Origin: Nitrospirota bacterium
GTDB lineage: Bacteria; Nitrospirota; UBA9217
Direction: 5' to 3'
DNA: 37,450 nt
Assembly (NCBI GenBank): GCA_029858565.1
Contig: JAOUEV010000035.1
Span: 1 to 37,450, forward strand
Shown: positions 1 through 9,966 of the stretch, piece by piece
Numbering within the stretch: the first letter of the stretch is position 1
How the letters are laid out: each line of letters starts with the position of its first letter
Program-made: the position numbers and the translations under genes
Notes under the pieces: generated by a model
What the model saw: only the letters and a program-made list of their open reading frames with translations
What the model was told of the DNA's origin: nothing
The model's database searches: none

Positions 1-13
1 CTGTGAGTGGATC

Positions 14-105
14 AGTGACGAGAGACGAGCGAAAAGTGACGAGTGGCCATTCTCGCTCCTGAACTACATTTATTTCTCGTCTCTTGTCTCTCGTCGCTTG
101 TCTCT
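14..105. repeat. Inverted arrays of degenerate heptamer repeats (AGNGACG-like x4 / CTYGTCK x4)
   Basis: 14-43 reads AGTGACG AGAGACG AGCGAAA AGTGACG AG; 76-105 reads CTCGTCT CTTGTCT CTCGTCG CTTGTCT CT, which is approximately the reverse complement. Confidence 0.7.
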
Positions 106-109
106 GCTC

Positions 110-445
110 TTAAAACTTCTCGAACTCATGGTCCTTGGCGTCGGTCTTGCCGCCGCCGGGTTTGGTCATGTCCAGATGCACCCGCGGGCTTCGCGGTCCT
201 GGCAGCCACTTGGGCGATCTGGGACGGTTGAAATCATATCCGCAACCATGCCCGAGCGCTCCTCTTGACCCCTTTGGGCATTCTGCACATCAACAAGGTT
301 GTCTGCCCGTTTCTATTCCTCGTCCCTGCAACTTCCTCAAGTGAACCATCTGCCTGAACTGCGAGAACCGCAAGGAAAAAGTCTTGATAACGACACTGAA
401 CCCGAAATCAAGCTGTGGTCCGATACCAACTTCTCCGGGCTTCAT
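110..445 (-). pseudogene. Collapsed methyl-accepting chemotaxis protein remnant
   Basis: One frame from ATG 445 (after AAGAAGG) to TAA 110 with an internal TGA at 290-292. The start MKPGEVGIGPQLDFGFSVVI resembles an MCP pre-TM1 segment. The end VHLDMTKPGGGKTDAKDHEFEKF* has a CheR/CheB-tether-type pentapeptide. It lies directly after cheA. Confidence 0.6.
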
Positions 446-499
446 AAAAGCCTTCTTACCTGACGCCTGCTTGGTTTCCGTTGGTGTTCAGATACTCCT

Positions 500-2662
500 T
501 TACTTGGAAGACGTGGCCTGAACCTCTTCCCGCTCCACACCCTGCACGAGCTTCAGCACGTCAAGTATCAGCGCAACGCTGCCGTCTCCGAGGATCGTGG
601 CGCCCGAGATCCCCTCGACTTTCTTATACATCTTGCCTAGGTTCTTGATGACCGTCTGATGGCCACCTACGATGTGGTCGACCACGAAACCCACGCGCAT
701 GTGCTCCACCTTGGCTATGACTACCTGTTCGATCTTCGGAGCGTCGCCGGGTATGGCGAATCGCTTTCGCAGCTTGATGTACGGCACCAGCTCACCCCGG
801 ACATTCAAAAGCGTCCGGCCGCTGGCCGACACCGCATCGCCGGCCTTCAGTTCGACGCATTCATCAACCAGCGAAAGCGGAAGCACATAATAGTCGCTGC
901 CAATACGCGTAAGGAATCCATCGATGATCGCCAGGGTCAGCGGCAGCGAAAGCGTAATGGTCGTCCCCTGTCCAGGCACGCTCACAATGTCTATCGTGCC
1001 CCGCAAAGCGTCGATCGCCTGCTTCACCACATCCATACCCACGCCGCGGCCCGACACGTCGGTGACCTGCTTGGCAGTGGAGAAACCCGGCAGCAGCACC
1101 AGCGAGAACAGGTCCTTTTGCGGCAGTGCCGCGTCAGCGGCGATCAGTCCCTTCTCGATCGCCTTCCTTCTGATTGCTTCGGCATTCATGCCACCGCCAT
1201 CATCTTCGATGCGGATCAGCACATGTGCGCCGGAATGCTCCGCGGTCAGCCGGATAGTGCCTTGGCGCGGCTTTCCTGCAGCCGCCCGGGTATCGGGCAT
1301 CTCGATCCCGTGATCAATGCAGTTCCTGATGAGATGCACGAGCGGATCATGCAGTTTTTCGATCACGGTCTTGTCCAATTCGGTTTCCGTGCCTTCCAGG
1401 AACAGATCCACGGACTTGCCGAGACTCTGTGAAAGATCGCGCACCACCCGCCGGTATTTGTTAAAGATCGTTCCGATCGGCATCATGCGGATGCTCATGC
1501 TGTTGTCCCGGAGCTCCGCGGTCAGCCGTTCGACCTCCTCGGCGATAGACAGCAGCAGTGCGCTGGTCCCTTCGGCCGCGATCTGGGACAACCGCGCCTG
1601 AACAGTGACGAGCTCGCCGACCAGGTCCACCAATTTGTCAAGCTTGTCGGAACGGACGCGGATGCTGGTCATTTCTTCCGTTTTCTGCCGCTCCCGCTGC
1701 AGCTCGCGCACATGCTGTTGTTCGGTCAGGGCCGCCTCAACCTTGTCGATGTTCACCAGGCCCCGCTCCACAAGGATCTCGCCGAGACGGCGCTGGTCCT
1801 GCATGACATCGTGAATATCGTCGTGATTCAGGTCGCCGCGTTCGACCAGCAGCTCGCCAAGCTTTTTGTACTCCATTTCTCCCGGCACTTGACCAGCTTC
1901 ATCAAGCGGCTCGATAGTCAGCTCGCTTACGTCCTGAACAAAGATGAACACATCCTTGATCGCATCGATGCCGCGGTCCGTGGTCAGAATAACATCCCAG
2001 TAGAGATGGCACTCTTCGGCGTTCAGCTTTTCGAGGTCCGGGATCTCCGAGAGCTGCGCCACAACCCGGCAGGGGCCGAGCGTTTTCAGCTCATCGATCA
2101 GGTTCTGGGGATCTGTGCCGGTCTGGAAGATCGTCGGTGAAGGCCGGAACCGGATGCGGTAGGTGACCTGTCGGACAGAAGACTTTTCCGAAACATCTGC
2201 CGGCAGCGGCGGAGCAGCGGCGGCTTTCTTCGCTGTTTTTGCTAGGCCTTCCGGAAGAAACCGCTGGACCTGCGAAACGATCTGATCGGTGATCTCTTGT
2301 TCCGCCGGAATGTTCCGGTAGTATCCATCGAACAATGCGGCGATCTGGTCCCTGGCCGCGAGCGTCAGATTGATGATCTCCTTGGTGACAGCGGTCTTAT
2401 CGTTCCTGATCGCGTCGTAAAGCGCTTCGACCTGATGGGCAAAATGCGAGACGTCATCGAATCCGCAGGCGCCGCCGGAACCCTTGATGGTATGGAGGGC
2501 GCGGAACACACGGCTGATAACGTCCTTATCGCGCGGCGATTCTTCGAGCGCCAGCAAGGCGTTCTCGAGCTCCGCCAGCAGATCATAGGCTTCGCTTTTG
2601 AACATCTCCCGCAGCACGTTCAGGTCAAAACTCTCATTCTGGTCTTGGTTCTGGTCGCTCAT
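500..2662 (-). CDS. cheA: Chemotaxis histidine kinase CheA
   Basis: HPt FRALHTIKG, dimerisation SIRVRSDKLDKLVDLVGEL, HATPase HLIRNCIDHGIE / DDGGG / GFSTA / SGRGVGMDVV, C-terminal CheW-like domain SGATILGDG. Confidence 0.97.
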   Translation of the reverse strand: MSDQNQDQNESFDLNVLREMFKSEAYDLLAELENALLALEESPRDKDVISRVFRALHTIKGSGGACGFDDVSHFAHQVEALYDAIRNDKTAVTKEIINLTLAARDQIAALFDGYYRNIPAEQEITDQIVSQVQRFLPEGLAKTAKKAAAAPPLPADVSEKSSVRQVTYRIRFRPSPTIFQTGTDPQNLIDELKTLGPCRVVAQLSEIPDLEKLNAEECHLYWDVILTTDRGIDAIKDVFIFVQDVSELTIEPLDEAGQVPGEMEYKKLGELLVERGDLNHDDIHDVMQDQRRLGEILVERGLVNIDKVEAALTEQQHVRELQRERQKTEEMTSIRVRSDKLDKLVDLVGELVTVQARLSQIAAEGTSALLLSIAEEVERLTAELRDNSMSIRMMPIGTIFNKYRRVVRDLSQSLGKSVDLFLEGTETELDKTVIEKLHDPLVHLIRNCIDHGIEMPDTRAAAGKPRQGTIRLTAEHSGAHVLIRIEDDGGGMNAEAIRRKAIEKGLIAADAALPQKDLFSLVLLPGFSTAKQVTDVSGRGVGMDVVKQAIDALRGTIDIVSVPGQGTTITLSLPLTLAIIDGFLTRIGSDYYVLPLSLVDECVELKAGDAVSASGRTLLNVRGELVPYIKLRKRFAIPGDAPKIEQVVIAKVEHMRVGFVVDHIVGGHQTVIKNLGKMYKKVEGISGATILGDGSVALILDVLKLVQGVEREEVQATSSK

Positions 2663-2687
2663 AGGCCTGCTCCCTTGATCCCCGATC

Positions 2688-3038
2688 TTATCGTGTCTCC
2701 GCTTGCACGAGCCATAGACAGGTATACTTTCCGCTCTCCCTGCACCCGATGTGGCGCTGAAAGCCCGACTTCTTCAGTAATTCGAGAAACCGGTCCGGAT
2801 CACCGCTGACCGTGAACTGCTTGCCGCTGTCCGCCGCGGTCCGATGTGCCGAGCAAAGCAGCTGGAGAAACGCGATGTCCATGCGGCTGACGCTCTCGAG
2901 TCGTACCTGCAGAGCCGGTGCGACCCGCAGAGCGTTAAGCAGCGTTATTTTGATGCTGTTCACTGCGGAGACGGTCAGCTCCCCGCTCATTATGATCGTT
3001 TTCCCGTCGTTTGTGGTTTCTTCCCGGATATCGGCCAT
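2688..3038 (-). CDS. STAS domain protein
   Basis: 116 aa; SGELTV...LESVSRMDIAFLQLLCSAHRTA is the STAS pattern typical between cheY and cheA. Confidence 0.85.
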   Translation of the reverse strand: MADIREETTNDGKTIIMSGELTVSAVNSIKITLLNALRVAPALQVRLESVSRMDIAFLQLLCSAHRTAADSGKQFTVSGDPDRFLELLKKSGFQRHIGCRESGKYTCLWLVQAETR

Positions 3039-3047
3039 TGTCTCCCC

Positions 3048-3413
3048 CTACTTTACAAACTTCCGCACGACCTCAAGCAGCTTCTCCGGTGAGAAAGGCT
3101 TCACGATCCATCCGCTTGCGCCGGCAGCCCGTCCCTCCTGCTTTTTGGCCTCTTGTGCCTCGGTCGTCAGCATAACGATCGGCATGAACTTGTACGACGC
3201 CTTGTTCCGCAATTCGCGGATAAGGGAGATTCCATCCATTTCCGGCATGTTCAGGTCGGTGATCACCATGTCGACCTTCGCCCCTTCCAGCTTGACAAGG
3301 GCATCCTTGCCGTTCTCCGCAGTGACAACCTCGAAACCGGCGTCCTTCAAGGTGAACGAGATCAGCTGACGCATGGAAGCAGAATCATCAACAATCAGAA
3401 AGGTTTTTGCCAT
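3048..3413 (-). CDS. cheY: CheY-like single-domain response regulator
   Basis: LIVDDS, ITDLNMP, MLTTE, WIVKPF. Start moved to ATG 3413 (MAKTFL), which follows a GAGGGGG RBS. Confidence 0.93.
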   Translation of the reverse strand: MAKTFLIVDDSASMRQLISFTLKDAGFEVVTAENGKDALVKLEGAKVDMVITDLNMPEMDGISLIRELRNKASYKFMPIVMLTTEAQEAKKQEGRAAGASGWIVKPFSPEKLLEVVRKFVK

Positions 3414-3424
3414 TCCCCCTCCCC

Positions 3425-4186
3425 TCATCCGTTGTTCGCTGCATCGTTTCGTTCCGCCTCTCCCGGCCGCTGAGGGCCGAACCCTGGTTCCCTGCTGCGC
3501 TGCTTGATGGTATCTATCTCGCGCAGCAGGTCCTCGATCTGTCCAATGACCTGTTCGATATGCTGCCGCGTGATGTCCTGGAACTGAAGGGACTCGATGA
3601 TCGCGTTGATATCGCCCGCCAGCATGTTCGTTTCGAGGGTAACGGCATCCAGCAAGGTCGTCACGTGGGCGTTCGCTCCCGCCGCGGTTCTTGCGTTGCG
3701 CTCCTGCTTATCGATGATCTCTCGGGTGGTCTGCAGCTGCCGCCTGGCACGGCCCGCAATGTTCATGAAACGTTCATTGATCGCCAGCGAAGCCTGCTCG
3801 GTCTGCTGTATGACCTGTTTCAGCTGATCGATCATCTGCTGCAGGCTTCTGTCCTTTTCACGAATAGGAATAGCGGCCATTTGCGTCGGACTGTTATGGC
3901 CGCTCTCGACGACAGGCCAGGCTCTGAGCCATTTCCTCACAAGAACGCCAACGGTGATCCAGCAAGGGATGAACAGCAGCATGCGCAGGAGGAGCGATTC
4001 TCCGATCAACGGTACCGCCGCGATCGTTGAAAGCAGTGCAATCTTCATCCATATGGAGTGCGGTGCATCATTCAATCGCTGCATAATACGGAAATACCGT
4101 TGGTAATATGGCCAGTCATCCTTACGCGGAGAGCTGGGCCGGAACAGCCGGAGCGGATTTGAAAAAAGTGTGCACCGATGCAACAT
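3425..4186 (-). CDS. Membrane-anchored MCP-like chemosensory protein lacking the signalling hairpin tip; start uncertain
   Basis: Two hydrophobic segments, coiled coil (QTEQASLAINERF), C-terminal LQFQDITRQHIEQV. The stop lies 12 nt before cheY. Confidence 0.7.
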   Translation of the reverse strand: MLHRCTLFSNPLRLFRPSSPRKDDWPYYQRYFRIMQRLNDAPHSIWMKIALLSTIAAVPLIGESLLLRMLLFIPCWITVGVLVRKWLRAWPVVESGHNSPTQMAAIPIREKDRSLQQMIDQLKQVIQQTEQASLAINERFMNIAGRARRQLQTTREIIDKQERNARTAAGANAHVTTLLDAVTLETNMLAGDINAIIESLQFQDITRQHIEQVIGQIEDLLREIDTIKQRSREPGFGPQRPGEAERNDAANNG

Positions 4187-4209
4187 CAGAATATCGCTGC
4201 CACCTATGT

Positions 4210-4218
4210 ATTATAGCA
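4210..4218 (-). promoter_or_regulatory. Extended -10 element for the chemosensory operon
   Basis: TGCTATAAT on the minus strand just upstream of the 3425-4186 ORF. Confidence 0.45.
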
Positions 4219-4496
4219 AAATATGCTCTGAATGTATTATTTTTCTGCGATTCCATGTTTATAAATCTCTTGAAATGTAACAGGAATATCGGGCGGCTTG
4301 CAGAACGGGCTGGCTGTAATTCTGGGTAACTTGGCGGTGTGAAATATGAGTCGGTTTTTCGTGCAGTCTGCGCTGCACTGCGGCCGGACCGGAGAGGTCA
4401 ATGCGTTCGCTTCGCAGAGTTCCTACCTCTCTAGCGAAGGCCTGGCAGGCAAGCGGTCAAAAGCGCGCGGTCATTCAAGAATATTAATCGGAAGGG

Positions 4497-5291
4497 TCAT
4501 GCGTTTCCGGTCTGGTGGATCAAAACAAAGGGCTGTGCCCTCTGGCGCGGCTCTTCAAGAAGAATGGAAGCCGCCTTGGAAAGCTCCGAGGGCGTGGCGC
4601 CGCCCGAGGGCAAGATAATAAGCGATGCGCCATGCTTCTCAGCGGACCGAAGGATCTCAATATCGGGATATCCGGAGCGGATCTCCTCGGAAGTCGCGAT
4701 CCTTTTTTCCGTCAACCCTTTTTTGAGAAACTCGACTGACGCTGCGGTCTCACTTTTCACTTTTTTCAGTTCATCCTTCTCTTCCTTGCTGTAAAGATGC
4801 TCAGGAACGATCCCGACAAGAATTACCTGCGAATTTGTTGCTAATGCCTCCGACGCGATCATATCGATATTTTCCAGGGCAGCGTTTGTGTTATCGACCG
4901 GCACGACCATGACACCCGGGATCATCATCACCGGACAGGCCAGATTGCCAAAGAGCTTCTTATACCGGGGGGGCGCAAGGGCAAGGTCAATGTTCTCGTC
5001 CCTGACAATTTGGTCGATCCTGGTCGCGGCATTTCCCTCTTCTGTGATGATCCGTGTAGCTGCGGCGCCGCCAAGCGCATCGACCATCTGCTTTGCCTCG
5101 TTTAACTGCAGGGCAGCCTCCCTGCGAGCAAGCTCTTCTGCCCTGGGCCCCCCTTCATAGTCTACAAAAAGACCGGGATCGAACACCTGGACTACAAATA
5201 GTTCTCCACCCTGGCCATTGACTTTTTTGAGCCCATAGGTAAGCGCCTTCTTGGCATGCACTGTTCCGTCGTAAGCAACAAGGATCTTCAT
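4497..5291 (-). CDS. Universal stress protein, two USP domains
   Basis: MKILVAYDGT, second domain MVVPVDN...GYPDIEIL. AGGAGG lies 8 nt before ATG 5291. Confidence 0.88.
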   Translation of the reverse strand: MKILVAYDGTVHAKKALTYGLKKVNGQGGELFVVQVFDPGLFVDYEGGPRAEELARREAALQLNEAKQMVDALGGAAATRIITEEGNAATRIDQIVRDENIDLALAPPRYKKLFGNLACPVMMIPGVMVVPVDNTNAALENIDMIASEALATNSQVILVGIVPEHLYSKEEKDELKKVKSETAASVEFLKKGLTEKRIATSEEIRSGYPDIEILRSAEKHGASLIILPSGGATPSELSKAASILLEEPRQRAQPFVLIHQTGNA

Positions 5292-5465
5292 GATAGGCAC
5301 CTCCTAATAAAACAGGTAACATTATCAATAAGTTTAGAATGCCACGTAATGATGCGCTTATAACTTATTGAATATTAATAATTTAATTGTTTACTGCCAA
5401 TTCTTGCTAAATTTACCGCATGTTTAAAGTGCATCAACGTGATTGTGGCACAAATTATTCTTGTA

Positions 5466-5478
5466 AATCAACTAGTTA
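5466..5478. promoter_or_regulatory. IHF binding site
   Basis: AATCAA-CTAG-TTA is an exact WATCAA-N4-TTR match next to a sigma54 promoter. Confidence 0.55.
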
Positions 5479-5482
5479 TAAC

Positions 5483-5498
5483 TGGCACAGCCATTGCT
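5483..5498 (+). promoter_or_regulatory. sigma54 (-24/-12) promoter
   Basis: TGGCAC-AGCCA-TTGCT, exact consensus, 45 nt before ATG 5543. Confidence 0.8.
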
Positions 5499-5542
5499 AT
5501 TCATATGTCGATACCAATACTTAAATTGCGAGGTACTGACAC

Positions 5543-5761
5543 ATGGACTCTGAACTGGCAATGGTTCTCAGAAATATGATCCTCTGTGGTGCCATCGTTT
5601 CTTCTGTTTCCTTTGTCCAGGAGTTGTCTGAGCTTGCTGTTCTACCTCTTCGAAAATTACTGCATCTTTTTCAAACCTGCTCGCAGGCACTTAAGGACCG
5701 GATGCGTAAAAGAAGAACTTCGGACTTCTGGGAAATCGATATGACCAAGTTTGAACCCTGA
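5543..5761 (+). CDS. Small hypothetical protein (72 aa)
   Basis: GAGG RBS and a perfect sigma54 promoter upstream; hydrophobic N-terminus. Confidence 0.55.
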   Translation: MDSELAMVLRNMILCGAIVSSVSFVQELSELAVLPLRKLLHLFQTCSQALKDRMRKRRTSDFWEIDMTKFEP

Positions 5762-5771
5762 AAACATCCGC

Positions 5772-5975
5772 TCACGACAGCCGGGAAACTTCCACCAGAA
5801 TATACAGCAGCAGCGACATCGGTCCGTAGGTAACAACCATACTTGCGGCCTGCCTCACGAACGACCGCACCAGCTCGCCCCTTCCCATGAGCTCGGCAAC
5901 ATAGAGCGTTCCCGAGAATATCATTTGAAGCACCATAAAATAGGTTGTCTGCTGAAAAAGATGTTCCAGTTCCAT
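5772..5975 (-). CDS. Small hypothetical membrane protein (~67 aa)
   Basis: AAGGAG/AAGGA upstream of ATG 5975; two hydrophobic stretches; follows the USP gene on the same strand. Confidence 0.5.
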   Translation of the reverse strand: MELEHLFQQTTYFMVLQMIFSGTLYVAELMGRGELVRSFVRQAASMVVTYGPMSLLLYILVEVSRLS

Positions 5976-6082
5976 GTCCTTCACTCCTTCTTACCTGGAT
6001 AATTGAACCTCAAGAAATTCTGCAGCAGGCGATCAGGCGACCGCAAGCTCATCGTGGCCGCGCTGATCGCCCGGAAGATCAG

Positions 6083-6511
6083 CTACTTTGTCACGGTAAC
6101 CGCTGCCAGATCCAGGGTACCGGCCTCTTTGGCGAACTCGGAATCACCCAGCGCCTTGCGGTACTTGTTCACGATCGAGCGGAAGGCCGGCGGGCAGAGC
6201 AGAACATCCACCTTCTCGGCGCGCGCGAAATCGATGACCGCTTCGTTCGGATTCCCGTCTGTGCTGAACAGGCTTGCCGTGGCGCCGTTGCCTTTTTCAG
6301 CGATGATCGTCTTTGCTTCCGCGACAAAGCGCGCTGCTTCCGCACGGGCCGCGCTGATCGCGTTGGGTGTTACGTCGTAATCAATGAACTGCGGCGCATT
6401 GAACACATGGAGAGCGACCACTTCTCCGCCCTTCTCAACAGCCTTCTTCATGCCATACACCAGAGCTTCCTTTGCCTGCACAGTACCGTCATAAGCAACC
6501 ATGATCTTCAT
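6083..6511 (-). CDS. Universal stress protein, single domain
   Basis: MKIMVAYDGT, GNPNEAVIDFARAEKVDVL; AAGGAGG RBS. Confidence 0.9.
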   Translation of the reverse strand: MKIMVAYDGTVQAKEALVYGMKKAVEKGGEVVALHVFNAPQFIDYDVTPNAISAARAEAARFVAEAKTIIAEKGNGATASLFSTDGNPNEAVIDFARAEKVDVLLCPPAFRSIVNKYRKALGDSEFAKEAGTLDLAAVTVTK

Positions 6512-6567
6512 TGTGATGCCTCCTTGAGCAAGATTTAAAGTAGTTGTACATTCTTGTCAGGATACAT

Positions 6568-6583
6568 TGCAGCTACTGTGCCA
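6568..6583 (-). promoter_or_regulatory. sigma54 promoter for usp 6083-6511
   Basis: TGGCAC-AGTAG-CTGCA on the minus strand (one mismatch at -12). Confidence 0.65.
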
Positions 6584-6600
6584 AAAATAAAACGTCATTA

Positions 6601-6613
6601 AATCAATGTATTG
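6601..6613. promoter_or_regulatory. IHF binding site
   Basis: AATCAA-TGTA-TTG, exact consensus, lying between the sigma54 promoter and a candidate enhancer at 6650-6666. Confidence 0.6.
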
Positions 6614-6774
6614 AGTGTTCAGGTGCAGTTCTTCTACTGCGACATTCCCTGCAAGAAAATACTGCGGTGGAGGCTAAAGCAACACTGATATAGGTCGCAA
6701 AGAGGCATACGTGCCAGGAGGGACGGTACTGTGGGTACTGCGTTCTGAGATTCTTGAGGAGTTGTGTGCTGGAC

Positions 6775-7905
6775 CTACTTCGCGGTACTCGACAAGGTCT
6801 TCGCTCCGGTCAGCTCCTGCATAAGGGTCTTGACCGTGACGATCTCCTGGATCCGCGACGCATTGGTCCCCACTGTGTAGAGAGGCTCTTCCACGTCGGA
6901 ATTGTAGCCTGCGGAGCTGAGCAGGCCGTTGCAGATGCAGAAGTGATGTTCATTGCTTTCTTTGGCCGGACACCGGGTGAACTTGCCTTCGGCATCCTTG
7001 AGCAGGACATATCCCTTGTCGCACTTCGGTTTGCGCTTGTGCTGCATGGCAGAAACGTACATCGGCGACTGCCTGATAACGCGGAAGGGAAGACCACAGG
7101 GAGATCCGGGGTCGTGAGCTAGTACGATATCCTCGGACGTGGCCCGGACAACGGCATCCTTGTATGCCTCAGTAGCGGAACTTTCCTCCGTGGCCAGGAA
7201 TCGCGTTCCCATCTGAACGCCATCGGCGCCCATGGCGAGAAAACGGAGGATATCTTCATGCGTATAGATCCCTCCGGCGACGATGATAGGAAAGTCGCCG
7301 AATTTCTTTGCCGCGTCCTTGACCTCGGGCAGAAGGTTCTCAAGCCGGTTCTCCGCAAGATCGGCCTGATCCATCCTGAAGCCGAGATGGCCGCCGGCAA
7401 GAGGGCCTTCGAGCACCACCGCATCGGGCCGAGCGCCCAAACGCTCCCACTTCTTACAGATGAGCTCAAGGGCCCGACCGGAAGATACGATCGGGATAAG
7501 GGCCGTGTCCTTTGCGGGCTGGATCGCAGGAAGCCCCAGAGGCAGCCCAGCGCCGGATATGATAGCATCTGCGCCTGCATCAAGCGCGCCCCTCACCGAA
7601 TCCTCATAATCACGGGCAAGGGCGCACATAATATTGATGCCCGCATATCCTCCCGAAGCCTTGGCCTGAGCGACCTCCGTATAGGCAGCCTCATAGGCAT
7701 TCACTTTTTTCCCGGTCCGCTTTATGACCAGCCGGTCAAGACAAGCGCTTGAAACGATGCCCATGCCGCCCTCGCGAGCCACGGCCTGAGCGAGAGGATA
7801 GAGGGAAACCCCGACACCCATGCCGCCTTGAATGATGGGATAGCGAAGTTTTTTCCCTTTGATCGTGAGAGGAGGAAGCGTTCCCTCCTGATTGGTTTTC
7901 AACAT
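6775..7905 (-). CDS. Nitronate monooxygenase-family flavoprotein (FabX/UfaA-like)
   Basis: PIIQGGMGVG, SGAGLP, EGPLAGGHLGF, AGGI, GVQMGTRF, Cys-rich C-terminus. Start moved to ATG 7905 after CAGGAG. Confidence 0.88.
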   Translation of the reverse strand: MLKTNQEGTLPPLTIKGKKLRYPIIQGGMGVGVSLYPLAQAVAREGGMGIVSSACLDRLVIKRTGKKVNAYEAAYTEVAQAKASGGYAGINIMCALARDYEDSVRGALDAGADAIISGAGLPLGLPAIQPAKDTALIPIVSSGRALELICKKWERLGARPDAVVLEGPLAGGHLGFRMDQADLAENRLENLLPEVKDAAKKFGDFPIIVAGGIYTHEDILRFLAMGADGVQMGTRFLATEESSATEAYKDAVVRATSEDIVLAHDPGSPCGLPFRVIRQSPMYVSAMQHKRKPKCDKGYVLLKDAEGKFTRCPAKESNEHHFCICNGLLSSAGYNSDVEEPLYTVGTNASRIQEIVTVKTLMQELTGAKTLSSTAK

Positions 7906-8580
7906 CCTGATCTCCTGCAACGTCTGCTGGATTGCTGCGGTACCGCAGATCTCAGTAGGACCTCGTTCCGCAGTGTCGCGCTTGAAATGACAACCTGCCA
8001 TCCTTAAAGCAGGTGGCATATGACGCCGATTCGGGCAACCCTGCCCTCCAACACCAGAGGCAAACTCATCAATTGCTGAAAGAACGAATTACAGAGGGAC
8101 AAGTCGCAGATGAGCGAATAGTGACGGTTCGGCAGTTGCTGGCAGGGGATCGCCCGTGCCATGAGCGCATATTAATTATAGAATGAACATTATACTGATT
8201 CTTTAGGAAATAGCAAGCCTTTCTGACTCTCAATTTCCGACTGTCAAGAAGCGTTTGTCAAATGGTGGTTCTGGTGAAATACCGCTACGAAGACGAAGCG
8301 GCGTCTAATTACTTGTTATATAACAATTAAGCAATATCCCCCGGTGCTGGCTATGGCAGGAAAACGTGAAAAGTCATGGTTACAACTTTCCCGGCGGTTA
8401 ACCCTAAATCAGTGCTGGACGAGCTTATCAGGGCCGGACTCCGGGAGGAGCGCAGTAATTCAGGATGATTGGCGCACGCGGCCGGAACCGTTGCCTGTTG
8501 GGAAGGTGCTTTGCGCGGGGGGCCGTCCGGTTCTGCGGCAACGCAGGTCCTCAACCGGATTCGATCCCGGCGGGCCGATC

Positions 8581-9958
<1,378 letters not shown>

Positions 9959-9966
<8 letters not shown>

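Noticed and set aside
290-292. In-frame TGA in a C-*-C-A-E-C context as selenocysteine
   Set aside because: No recognisable selenoprotein fold or convincing SECIS; pseudogene decay is simpler.
659-1432. Long plus-strand ORFs opposite cheA (likewise 3407-4030, 9319-9987, 11882-12544, 15497-16690, 22198-22866)
   Set aside because: Antisense shadows of well-supported genes, with no motifs or RBS.
8059-8150. GGCAAAC suggesting a c-di-GMP-I riboswitch
   Set aside because: Wrong strand for the adjacent gene, and lacks the GNRA-capped P2 and the GCAAA junction.
8344-8580. Small ORFs between the flavoenzyme and the response regulator
   Set aside because: No RBS or recognisable motif; cannot be supported.
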